A stretch of DNA of 64,000 nt from the NCBI GenBank assembly GCA_963745495.1, contig CAVUXJ010000007.1, positions 165,471 through 229,470 of the forward strand, written 5' to 3'. Made by a program: the position numbers and the translations under genes. The stretch comes from an uncultured Acidobacteriota bacterium. Its GTDB lineage: Bacteria > Acidobacteriota > Vicinamibacteria > Vicinamibacterales > CAVVIG01. The notes under the pieces are model-generated. The model saw only the letters and a program-made list of their open reading frames with translations. It did not search any database and was not told the origin of the DNA. Below are positions 49,896 to 57,923 of this stretch, in pieces. Each line of letters begins with the position of its first letter. Within the stretch, counting starts at the first letter, position 1.

Positions 49896-51369
49896 GTGAT
49901 TATACCGTCGCGGCCGCGCGGGCTGTGTCTCGCGGTGGCCGCCGTGGCCGCGATCGGCGGCGCTCTCGTCGCGGTGCACTATCATCGCCTCGGCCTCACG
50001 CTCAGCCATTATGACGCGCGCGGGCATCTGATCGTCGCGCGGCGAATCCTCGACAGCATCACTCCGGGATGGCAGCAGATTGGCGCCGTGTGGCTGCCGC
50101 TGCCGCATCTGGTGAATGCGCTTCCGGTGCAAGTCGACGCATGGTATCGCACCGGAGCATCCGCGGTCGCCTTCTCGATCGCCGCTTTCGCCCTCACCGC
50201 CGGATCGATCGCCTGGATCGTCGTGATGCTCACGGGGTCGCGTGCCGCGGCTGTCACCGGCGCGACAGTCTTCGCGTTGAACCCGAACGTTCTCTACCTG
50301 CAGGCGACGCCGATGACCGAGCCGCTGCTTTTTGGCTTGACGACGCTCGCCGTGGCGCTGCTGCTCGAATGGCTCATCTCGAGCCGGGTCGGGACGGCCA
50401 GCGTCGGCATCGCGTTCGCCCTCGCGTGCCTCACGCGCTACGAAGCCTGGCCCGTCACGGCCATGGCGCTCACGGCAGCCGCCTGGGCAAGGTGGCGCGA
50501 GGGTGATTCCTGGCGCACGGCGATCCACCGCGTCCTGCCGATCGCGCTGTACCCGGTGGCCGCAGTGCTGGCGTTCGTCGTCTTCAGCCGGGTCGTCATC
50601 GGCGTGTGGCTCGTGCCCAGCGGATTCTTCGTGCCCGAGAATCCCGCGCTTGGCAGTCCCTGGATCGCCACGTCTCAGGTCATCTGGGGCGTGCGGATGC
50701 TCAGCGGCTACGGCGTTGATGGCGGTTGGGATCGCCGGGCTGGTCGGCCTCCTCCTCGCCGCCCTCCTCGATCGAGGGCGCGCTCATCTGCTGGTGCCGC
50801 TTGCCCTGGCGGGCACCGCCGCTGTTCCCTGGATCGCATTTGTCGACGGCCATCCCTACCGCATCAGATACCTCGTGCCGCTCGTGGTCGCTCAGGCGGT
50901 GGGCGTCGGCGCGGCCGGCGGACTCGTGAAGCGGCCCCGCCCGGCGATCCTCGGCGCGCTCCTCGTGTTGGTCGCGTACGAGCTGCGTCCCCTCGACGCG
51001 ACCGCACCGATGGTCGTCGAGGCACAGTGGGACCGGCCCAATATGGCCGTTCGGCAGCAGGTGACCGACTGTCTTCGGACGACATACAGCGGGGACACAA
51101 TCATGGCGAGCATGGGATCGCTCGGCCATTACATGCAGGAGCTGTCGCACGCCGGGTTCCGCGTGCGTGATTTTCTGCACGAAGGGAACGGGGACATCTG
51201 GCTCGCGGCGCTCACCGGGCCGCGCCCGTATGCCGGCTGGATTCTGATCGAGGAACAGGCCGAGGGCGGCGATATGCTCGCGCACATCGCGCGCGAGAAC
51301 CCGAGGTTTCTCGACGGGTTCTCGCGGGTGTGCGAAGGAGCGGGTGTTGCGCTTTACCGGCGGAACTAG
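49896..51369 (+). CDS. polytopic membrane protein, GT-C-like, one frameshift near 50715
   Basis: GTG 49896 ORF (..LSHYDARGHLIVARRILDSITPGWQQIGAVWLPLPH.., many TM helices) joined to ORF 50503..51369 (soluble C-terminal domain). The start lies only 11 bp from the divergent DedA-like start, so a later GTG is possible. Confidence 0.55.
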
Positions 51370-51372
51370 CGG

Positions 51373-51475
51373 CCACGAAAACACGAGAACAAGAAGTTAC
51401 AAGCGACTCCTACGTGTCCTTCGATCTTCGTGGTCCTTTCGTGTTTTCAGTTCTAAGTTCTCACTTTCTTAGAAC
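51373..51475. repeat. two adjacent hairpins (CACGAA(A/G) words; GTTCTAAG palindrome) between convergent genes
   Basis: A 10-bp perfect stem 51377-51386/51439-51448 (gaaaacacga/tcgtgttttc), and an 8-bp stem 51450-51457/51468-51475 (gttctaag/cttagaac) that overlaps the OMP stop codon. Confidence 0.65.
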
Positions 51476-52172
51476 CGCACCTTGAACGAACGCCAGGTAG
51501 TGAACCCGCCGAGATCGATTTTCGTTCCCCAAAAGCCTTGATCGGCAGGCAAATCGCCCTGCGCCCACTGGTACCGCCCTTCAAACCCGATGGACCACGA
51601 GCCGAAAGGAACACCCACACCGCCCAAGACGACAGGCCCAGCCGTTGCGCCGCTGCCCGAGAAGCTGTCGCGGAAGATGATGTCGTCGATGTCCACGAAC
51701 TCGCCGGTCTCGCTGTAGCGCCACGCGAAGACCCCGACGCCGGCGCCGATGTACGGCTCAACGCTCGCCCGCCGACCGAGCGGCAGAAACCGGACCGTGG
51801 CGGTGAACGGGACCACGCGCAGCTTGAGATCCTGTTCGATCTCGTCCCCGTTCGAGTGGGTCAGGTCACTGTAAACGCTGTCAACACTCTTCGAATAGAA
51901 GCCCAGGCCGGCGCCGGCATCGAACCACTCGCCCAAGCCAAACAACCATTCGCCGCCGAACGTGACGCCATGGAAGTCGCCGATCATCGAAGAGCCAGGC
52001 CCCCCTGCTCGAGATTACCGACGAGGACGTCGTTGTCGGTCCTGGAATCCACGCCTTTGGGCACGAACCCACCGACATAAAAATTGACTGCCTGCTGCGC
52101 TTGGCTGGTCGCGGGTGCAACGAGTCCGGACACGAACAGGACGACGGCGAGCGACAACACCGGTCGGCGCAT
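51469..52172 (-). CDS. outer-membrane beta-barrel protein, one frameshift near 51990
   Basis: Signal MRRPVLSLAVVLFVSGLVAPATSQAQQ (51984..52172) joined to ORF 51469..51987, which ends ..GGFTTWRSFKVRF (C-terminal aromatic). Confidence 0.7.
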
Positions 52173-52217
52173 GATGGCTCCTTGGCTGCTGTAGAGGCCG
52201 ACCGATCGCCGGCCCGT

Positions 52218-52237
52218 GGGAGACCTCTAGGTCTCCC
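52218..52237. terminator. perfect 8-bp GC-rich hairpin (gggagacc tcta ggtctccc), no U-tract
   Basis: It lies between the suhB-like 3' region and the OMP start (52172). Its role (terminator or 5' UTR structure) is not resolvable from sequence. Confidence 0.3.
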
Positions 52238-52365
52238 CCACCAACGGCGGAAAGCAGGAGCGATGCCAGCACAGCTCGGCAAATTGCGCCACGAAACCCG
52301 CGGCCGTCGGCGTGACTGTCTCTCGACGGTAACAGCCCGTCCACCCGGCAGTGCAGGCGCGCACG

Positions 52366-52436
52366 GAAGAGCGGGAGGGGCAGGAAGGGCGAGAGGGGGT
52401 AAGGGGCCGCGGAGGGCGGGACAGGGCGACGTCAGC
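52366..52436 (+). repeat. G-rich GGCAGGAAGGGC element, copy C (G-rich on plus strand)
   Basis: gaagagcgggaggggcaggaagggcgagagggggtaaggggccgcggagggcgggacagggcg, with many G3-G5 runs. It lies just 3' of the point where inositol monophosphatase homology ends. Confidence 0.7.
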
Positions 52437-52461
52437 CGCCGACTGTGACCCTTCTTCCTGA

Positions 52462-53248
52462 AGTCCGCGATCACTTCCAGCATCATGTCGTGTAACAGCC
52501 CATTGCTCGCCAGGACATGTCCCGCGCGCGAGGCGAACGGCGCACCCGTCATATCGGTGACGCTTCCGCCGGCCTCGGCCACTATCAGCGCCCCGCCGGC
52601 GATATCCCACGGCTTGAGGTCGCTTTCCCAGAACCCGTCCATCCGTCCGGCCGCGACGTAGCACAGATCGATGGCCGCCGATCCAAGCCGCCGGACGGCG
52701 CGCGCCCGCCCGACGAACGCGCCGAACAGGCCGACGATCTCGTCCACCCGATCGTGCACGTCGTAGGGAAAGCCGGTGACGAGCATCGCATTCACCAGAT
52801 CGCTCGCGGCCGACACGCGGATTGGCCGGCCGTTGAGAAACGCACCGGCTTCCCGCTCCGCCGTGAACAGCTCGTGGCGCGTGGGGTCGTACACGGCCGC
52901 GACCTCGGCGACACCATCGATCTCGAGCGCGAGCGACGCGCAGAAGATCGGCAGCCCGTGCGCAAAGTTGGTCGTGCCGTCGATCGGGTCGAACACCCAG
53001 CACGGACCGCCGGGGACCGTCTGGTTCCCGCCCAGTTCCTCGGCCAGCACGCAGTGATCCGGAAAACGCTCGGAGATGAGCTCGCGGAACATCCGCTCGA
53101 TGGCGAGGTCGACCTCGGTCACCAGGTCGATGATGCCCTTCTTGTCGACCCGCAGGTCGCCGCCGAACCGCGCCATCATGGCATCGCCGGCGCGCACGAC
53201 CGCCTCGATGGCGGTGATCATCAGCAGGGGATCGCGCGAGGGGGTCAC
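52462..53248 (-). CDS. suhB: inositol monophosphatase family protein (SuhB-like); stop codon not identifiable
   Basis: GTG 53248 (GTGA overlap with the upstream stop): ..VTEVDLAIERMF..WVFDPIDGTTNFAHG..GSAAIDLCYVAAGRMDGFWE. Homology ends about ..EVIADFRKKG (about 52462), but the frame stays open to 51881 (ORF 51881..53593). Confidence 0.75.
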
Positions 53249-53742
53249 GAGCCCTCGAGCGGATCGTGAGACCGGGCCCCACGCTGGATCCGCTTCGTCA
53301 TGCGGATTTCCATCCCTCCCTCTGGAGCGCGCTGCAGTTGGACCTCGTCCATGAAGTTTCGGACGAGAAATATCCCGCGCCCGCTTCCCTTCAGAAGGTT
53401 TTCCTGGGCCAGCGGGTCGGCGATCGACTCGGGATCGAAGCCCTTGCCCTCGTCGCGGACCCGAATCATCAGCTCGTGCGCCTCGCCGCGCGCCACTGTG
53501 GCGAAGTCGACGAACACGTGCTTGGCCGCATCGTTCTGATTCCCGTGTTTGATCGCATTGACGACGCACTCGCGGATGGCGACACTCATCCAATACACGC
53601 TGTCATCGTCGAGCCCGGCGCCGCGCCCGACATGATCGGCGACGACCAGCACGAAGTCGACCATCTCGAACGCGCTGGTGAATTCGAGTCGTACGACGAC
53701 GTGACCGTTCGATGCCATGGACGCGACTGAATACCATCCCAT
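53245..53742 (-). CDS. anti-sigma regulatory factor-type Ser/Thr kinase (RsbW/SpoIIAB-like HATPase)
   Basis: ORF 53245..53796: ..IRECVVNAIKHGN..IRVRDEGKGFDP..GSGRGIFLVRNFMDEV. I prefer ATG 53742 (or 53718), because the 53796 start lies inside the palindromic repeat. Confidence 0.7.
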   Translation of the reverse strand: MGWYSVASMASNGHVVVRLEFTSAFEMVDFVLVVADHVGRGAGLDDDSVYWMSVAIRECVVNAIKHGNQNDAAKHVFVDFATVARGEAHELMIRVRDEGKGFDPESIADPLAQENLLKGSGRGIFLVRNFMDEVQLQRAPEGGMEIRMTKRIQRGARSHDPLEGS

Positions 53743-53774
53743 CTCTTGATCGATTGTCAAGCGGGCTGGTGTCG

Positions 53775-53879
53775 CTTCAGCTTTCAGTGCTGACACGCTT
53801 GAAACCTGAAACCTGAAATCTGAAGTCTGAAGGTCGCCGTCGGACTGTCAGGTTTCAGGTTTCTGACTTCAGGTTTAAG
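53775..53879. repeat. AT-rich composite palindrome of GAAACCT/GAAGTCT words filling a divergent intergenic region
   Basis: cttgaaacctgaaacctgaaatctgaagtctgaagg (53798-53833) versus ctgtcaggtttcaggtttctgacttcaggtttaag (53845-53879), preceded by cagctttcagtgctgac. It ends 10 nt before the aroA start. Confidence 0.8.
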
Positions 53880-53888
53880 ATTGGAGCC

Positions 53889-55178
53889 GTGCCTCCGGTT
53901 CCCGCCGCGACCATTAGCCCCGCTCGCCGGGTGCACGGGACGCTTTGCGTCCCTGGCGACAAGTCGATCTCCCATCGGTACGCGCTCATCGCCGCGGTCG
54001 CCGAGGGTACGTCGCGTCTGACCAACTACGCGCCCGGCGCCGATTGCCAGTCGACGCTCGCCTGCCTCGGCCGGCTGGGCGTCGACATCCAGCGCGGCGA
54101 GCACGGGTCCGTCACCGTTGTCGGCCGTGGGCTGCGTGGCTGGCGTTCACCCTCCGAACCTCTCGACGCAGGCAATTCCGGTTCCACGATGAGGATGCTG
54201 GCGGGCCTGCTGGCGGCCCAGCGGTTCAGCGCTCAGATGATCGGCGATGCCTCATTGTCCCGCCGCCCGATGAGGCGTGTGATCGAGCCCTTGTCGCGGA
54301 TGGGCGCGCGGATCGAAGCGACCGGCGGCCACGCCCCGTTGACGATTCACGGATCCTCACTCCACGCCATCACGCATCGGCCGGACGTGCCGAGCGCGCA
54401 GGTGAAGAGCGCTGTTCTGCTGGCCGGCCTCTACGCGGAGGGGAACACGTCGGTCACCGAGCCCGCGCAGACACGCGACCACACCGAGCGGGCACTCGCG
54501 GCGTTCGGTGTCGACGTCAGCGCCACGGGGAACGCCATCACAGTCGCCGGCGGCCAGGGCGCCGTCGGGCAGTCCCTGGCGGTCCCTGGCGATTTCTCCT
54601 CCGCGGCGTTCTGGATGGTCGCGGCGGCCGCTCTCCCGGGATCACGCGTCGAGATCGAGGACGTCGGGCTCAATCCCACGCGAACCGGCCTCATCGACGT
54701 GCTGCGCCGCTTCGGCGCTCGTGTCGAGGTGCACGAGACGGGATCCGGGGCGGGCGAGGTGCGCGGCACGATCGTGGTGACAGGCGATCGCACCGGTGCC
54801 ATCGAGATCGCGCCGGACGAGGTCCCTGGGCTGATCGACGAGCTGCCGGCGATTGCGGCGCTCGCGGCCCATGGCGGCGAGGTGAGCGTTCGCGGCGCCG
54901 CCGAGCTGCGCGTGAAGGAAAGCGACCGGATCGCCGTCCTCGTCGCAGGCTTCCGCGCGCTCGGCATCAGTGCGGAAGAGCGGCCGGATGGCTTCGCCGT
55001 GCGAGGGCAGGGCGCGCCATCCGGCGGTATCGCCGACGCGCGGGGCGACCACCGCATGGCGATGGCATTCGCCATCGCCGCCCTGGCCGCGTGTTCGCCG
55101 TCAACCATCGAAGGGTCGGACGCTGTAGTGATTTCCTATCCTGGCTTTTTCGACATCCTCGGCCGGCTCGTTGCGTGA
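53889..55178 (+). CDS. aroA: 3-phosphoshikimate 1-carboxyvinyltransferase (EPSP synthase)
   Basis: Intact 429-aa ORF (GTG start): VPGDKSISHRYALIAAVAEG..GNSGSTMRMLAGLLA..LRVKESDRIA..DHRMAMAFAIAAL. Confidence 0.9.
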   Translation: MPPVPAATISPARRVHGTLCVPGDKSISHRYALIAAVAEGTSRLTNYAPGADCQSTLACLGRLGVDIQRGEHGSVTVVGRGLRGWRSPSEPLDAGNSGSTMRMLAGLLAAQRFSAQMIGDASLSRRPMRRVIEPLSRMGARIEATGGHAPLTIHGSSLHAITHRPDVPSAQVKSAVLLAGLYAEGNTSVTEPAQTRDHTERALAAFGVDVSATGNAITVAGGQGAVGQSLAVPGDFSSAAFWMVAAAALPGSRVEIEDVGLNPTRTGLIDVLRRFGARVEVHETGSGAGEVRGTIVVTGDRTGAIEIAPDEVPGLIDELPAIAALAAHGGEVSVRGAAELRVKESDRIAVLVAGFRALGISAEERPDGFAVRGQGAPSGGIADARGDHRMAMAFAIAALAACSPSTIEGSDAVVISYPGFFDILGRLVA

Positions 55179-55675
55179 AGGCGGAGAAGCTCTACCTCGT
55201 CGGCTTCATGGGCGCGGGCAAGACAACGGTCGCCCGGGCGCTGGCGCGGCGCCTCGACTGGCGCGTCGCGGACATCGACGAGCTGATCGAGCGCCGCGAG
55301 CGGCTCACCGTCTCCGACCTGTTCGCCCGCCAGGGTGAATCCTACTTTCGAGCGATCGAACGCGCTGTGCTGCTCGAGCAGATCGGGGTGCGGCACACCG
55401 TAGTGGCGACCGGCGGCGGGACCTTTGTCGATCCCCAGAACCGGGCGCTGATCAACGCGGACGGCGCGTCTGTCTGGCTCGACGTGCCGCTGGAGGGCCT
55501 CGTCACGCGTGTGCCGGCGGGTGGCCGGCGGCCGCTTGCCGCCGACCGCACCGAGTTCGAGCGGCTCTATCTCGTCCGGCGCGCCGCCTACGAACAGGCA
55601 CACCTCCGCATCGACGCTGGCCGCGTCAGTGTTCCCGCCATCATCGAACAACTGGTCGACTGGCTGGAAGCGTGA
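55175..55675 (+). CDS. aroK: shikimate kinase
   Basis: GTG 55175 (GTGA overlap with the aroA stop): VKAEKLYLVGFMGAGKTTVARALARRLDW..VATGGGTF. It is the tail of ORF 53945..55675. Confidence 0.85.
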   Translation: MKAEKLYLVGFMGAGKTTVARALARRLDWRVADIDELIERRERLTVSDLFARQGESYFRAIERAVLLEQIGVRHTVVATGGGTFVDPQNRALINADGASVWLDVPLEGLVTRVPAGGRRPLAADRTEFERLYLVRRAAYEQAHLRIDAGRVSVPAIIEQLVDWLEA

Positions 55676-55686
55676 CCTCCATGCTA

Positions 55687-55846
55687 GTGTCCCGAGTCAG
55701 AAATTCGGTGACATGTTTTCCGGAGCGCGGCGCCCGGATGGCAAGTCGCGACGACCGAGCATGCCGGGAGCATGCGAGGGAGGAGCAATGCCGCCAGCCG
55801 GGATGCCCCGCCCGGAAAATGTCAGCGAATTTCTGACTCGGGACAC
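55687..55846. repeat. long inverted repeat (37/35-nt arms) enclosing an 88-nt segment
   Basis: gtgtcccgagtcagaaattcggtgacatgttttccgg (55687-55723) versus ccggaaaatgtcagcgaatttctgactcgggacac (55812-55846): 34 pairs, 1 mismatch, 1 bulge. The loop carries gagggaggagcaATG (ATG 55788). Confidence 0.85.
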
Positions 55847-55848
55847 CA

Positions 55849-56005
55849 GTGTCGCGCCTCCGATGTTCGTCGTCGCACCGGGGGCGCGAAGGCGCGCGCC
55901 TCGCGAGGCGAGCGGAGAGAGAATATCAGGGGGACTTGACCGACGAGCAACGGCCCGCGGGATGCCTCGGCGGCCGACTGCACACGAACTTCGGAGACGC
56001 GACAC
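55849..56005 (+). repeat. conserved ~110-nt intergenic element, copy X, closed by a 14-bp stem
   Basis: The core 55875-55981 aligns to 59441-59550 at roughly 75-80% identity (hand alignment). The closing stem is gtgtcgcgcctccg (55849-62) / cggagacgcgacac (55992-56005), 13/14 pairs. Confidence 0.75.
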
Positions 56006-56027
56006 CAGCGTTCATGGCTTCGATCTG

Positions 56028-56771
56028 ATGCGCTACCTCATCCTGAGTGATATCCACGCAAACCTCGAGGCGCTCGAAACGGTGTTGAGCGATGCGCAGA
56101 ATCGCGGCTGCGACCGGACCCTCGTGCTCGGGGATCTGGTCGGGTACGGCGCCGACCCCAACGCCGTGATCGATCGCGTGCGCGCGCTCCCCCCCACGGT
56201 CATTGTGCGCGGCAATCACGACAAGGTGGCGTTCGGACTCGACCAGGCCGACGGGTTCAACACCGTGGCGAAGGAAGCCGCGCAGTGGATGCTCGAGGTC
56301 CTGACGCCGGAAAACCGCGCGTGGATCGCGGCGCTGCCCGCGGGGCCGTTGGCAGTCGACGACCTTATCGAAGTCTGTCATGGGGCGCCGTACGACGAGG
56401 ATGCGTACATCTTCGATGAGACGGATGCCCGCCTGGCGTTCAAGACAGCGACCAGGCCGCTGTGCCTCTTCGGGCACACCCACTACCCCGTCATCTTCGA
56501 GCTCACGAACGACAGTTGCACGAGACGCGGGCCGGCGGCCGAAGCCGAAGCTCGTCTCGAACTCATCGCGGGGGTGAAGTACCTGCTCAATCCGGGTTCG
56601 GTCGGCCAGCCGCGCGACGGTGACCCGCGGGCGGCCTATGCGATTGTCGACACCGCCGCCAGGCACGTCGAGCTGTTTCGATTGACGTATCCGCTCGAAG
56701 TCGCCCAGGCCAAAGTCATCAACGCCGGCTTGCCCGAGATTCTCGCGCGGCGTCTGGCAGCCGGACGCTGA
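56028..56771 (+). CDS. metallophosphoesterase (calcineurin-like, YfcE/MJ0936-type)
   Basis: ATG 56028 inside ORF 55509..56771: MRYLILSDIHANLEAL..LVLGDLVGYG..VRGNHD..CHGAP..FGHTHYP. Intact. Confidence 0.8.
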   Translation: MRYLILSDIHANLEALETVLSDAQNRGCDRTLVLGDLVGYGADPNAVIDRVRALPPTVIVRGNHDKVAFGLDQADGFNTVAKEAAQWMLEVLTPENRAWIAALPAGPLAVDDLIEVCHGAPYDEDAYIFDETDARLAFKTATRPLCLFGHTHYPVIFELTNDSCTRRGPAAEAEARLELIAGVKYLLNPGSVGQPRDGDPRAAYAIVDTAARHVELFRLTYPLEVAQAKVINAGLPEILARRLAAGR

Positions 56772-56780
56772 CGCGCTCGA

Positions 56781-56833
56781 AAATCTGCAACCTCAAGTCT
56801 GAAGTCTGATCAGATTGTTAGATTTCAGATTTT
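56781..56833. repeat. palindrome of (A/G)TCTGA(A) words centred on tgatca; probable bidirectional terminator
   Basis: aaatctgcaacctcaagtctgaagtctgatcagattgttagatttcagattt, between convergent stops 56771(+) and 56825(-). Confidence 0.6.
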
Positions 56834-56983
56834 CGACGTTCTGACCTTTCGTGCGGCTCTCTCTTCCCGTCTTCTGAGCTCGGCCGCGTAAGCATCCCGT
56901 GCCGCGCGCCCGCCGAGAATCCAGCCGATGACAAGGCCGACAAGCAGGACCGCCGGGATGAAAATGAAGTGGCCAGCCGTCAC
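56825..56983 (-). CDS. small single-TM protein translationally coupled to ccmD
   Basis: GTG 56983 overlaps the ccmD stop as GTGA: VTAGHFIFIPAVLLVGLVIGWILGGRAARDAYAAELRRREERAARKVRTSKI (52 aa). It is the tail of ORF 56825..57064. Confidence 0.45.
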   Translation of the reverse strand: MTAGHFIFIPAVLLVGLVIGWILGGRAARDAYAAELRRREERAARKVRTSKI

Positions 56984-57255
56984 TGCCGTCTGATCTCTGG
57001 CGAGCTTCGCTGGAGCGCCCGCATCTCGTCTTCGACCTTGCGGAGCCGCTTCCACACGAACCACACGTACACCATGGTCGCGATCCAGATGAACGAATAG
57101 GCCACCACGACGAAGACACCGCCGGGGAGCTGCTCGGAGGGCGGCACTTCCGAAAGCGGTTTGAATTCGGTCTGCCCCGCCGGCGGTTGGGCGGCCAGGA
57201 CGCTCGCGGCCGTCAAGGCGAGCGACACAGCAGCGAAATAGATTGACCGAATCAT
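56980..57255 (-). CDS. ccmD: CcmD-family (alternative type) heme exporter protein
   Basis: ATG 57255 (ATGA overlap with the ccmC stop): MIRSIYFAAVSLALTAASVLAAQ..GGVFVVVAYSFIWIATMVYVWFVWKRLRKVEDEMRALQ. Confidence 0.65.
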   Translation of the reverse strand: MIRSIYFAAVSLALTAASVLAAQPPAGQTEFKPLSEVPPSEQLPGGVFVVVAYSFIWIATMVYVWFVWKRLRKVEDEMRALQRSSPEIRRQ

Positions 57256-57923
57256 CGACGGTCCTCGATCGCGAGATAAAGGGCGTCCAGCTCGCCGCGC
57301 CGGTTCTCGAGCGCCACGCGCGCCGTCAGCAGGACCCCGAACAGGAGCATGAAGGCAACGCTGCAGAACAACAGCGGCCCATACATCGCCGGCGCGAGCG
57401 TGCTCACGACAGTGGTCACCGGGTGGACGGTGCGCCACCACTCGACCGACTTGTAGACGATGACGGCATCCGCCATCCCGAAGAGGGCGACGCCGGCCGC
57501 CAGCTTTTCCGAGCCCGGGCCACCGTATTTCCGGAGAAACAGATAGGCGCAGAGGATCAACTCGAGCAGCAGCGCCGTGGTCAACCGCGCGTCCCATTGC
57601 CACCACACGCCCCAGGCTTTTCGCCCCCACAACGAACCGCTCACCAACCCGAACAACCCGAACAGCACGGCGAGCTCGGCCGCGGCCACGGCGACGCGAT
57701 CCGCCTGCCGGCTGCCCTTGAAGAGATAGACGGCGCTCGCGACCCCGCAGACCGCCAGCGCGGAATACATCGCGATCCACGAAGGCACGTGGAAATAAAA
57801 GATCTTTTGCACCATCAGCATCGTCGACTCGTATGGCGCGCGGGCGATGAGGATCGGGGCGGCCGCAAACATCGCGGCCGTGACGACGAGCAGCGGGAGC
57901 AGGAGCTTGCGCATGGGCTTCAT
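57252..57923 (-). CDS. ccmC: heme exporter protein CcmC
   Basis: ATG 57923 (ATGA overlap with the ccmB stop): MKPMRKLLLPLLVV..IFYFHVPSWIAMY..SGSLWGRKAWGVWWQWDARLTT (WGxxWxWD heme-handling motif). Confidence 0.85.
   Translation of the reverse strand: MKPMRKLLLPLLVVTAAMFAAAPILIARAPYESTMLMVQKIFYFHVPSWIAMYSALAVCGVASAVYLFKGSRQADRVAVAAAELAVLFGLFGLVSGSLWGRKAWGVWWQWDARLTTALLLELILCAYLFLRKYGGPGSEKLAAGVALFGMADAVIVYKSVEWWRTVHPVTTVVSTLAPAMYGPLLFCSVAFMLLFGVLLTARVALENRRGELDALYLAIEDRR

Noticed and set aside
55842-56008. 8-bp direct repeat gacaccag flanking element X as a target-site duplication
   Set aside because: The right-hand copy overlaps the closing-stem arm itself (cgcgacaccag), so it is not a clean TSD outside terminal inverted repeats. 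It is more likely part of the stem or a local palindrome.
55788-56027. 80-codon N-terminal extension of the metallophosphoesterase from the strong-SD ATG at 55788
   Set aside because: The extension is Arg/Pro-rich and is encoded by the inverted-repeat arm and the conserved element X, whose copy Y is read in another frame. The family N-terminus MRYLILSDIHAN starts at 56028. It is kept as an open question in the findings rather than called as a feature.
2334-56833. Possibility that the tandem short words are CRISPR arrays or microsatellites
   Set aside because: The units are only 7-9 nt with no spacers and 2-4 copies each. Every block is matched by an inverted block nearby, and no cas genes are present. 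I interpret them as palindromic elements instead.
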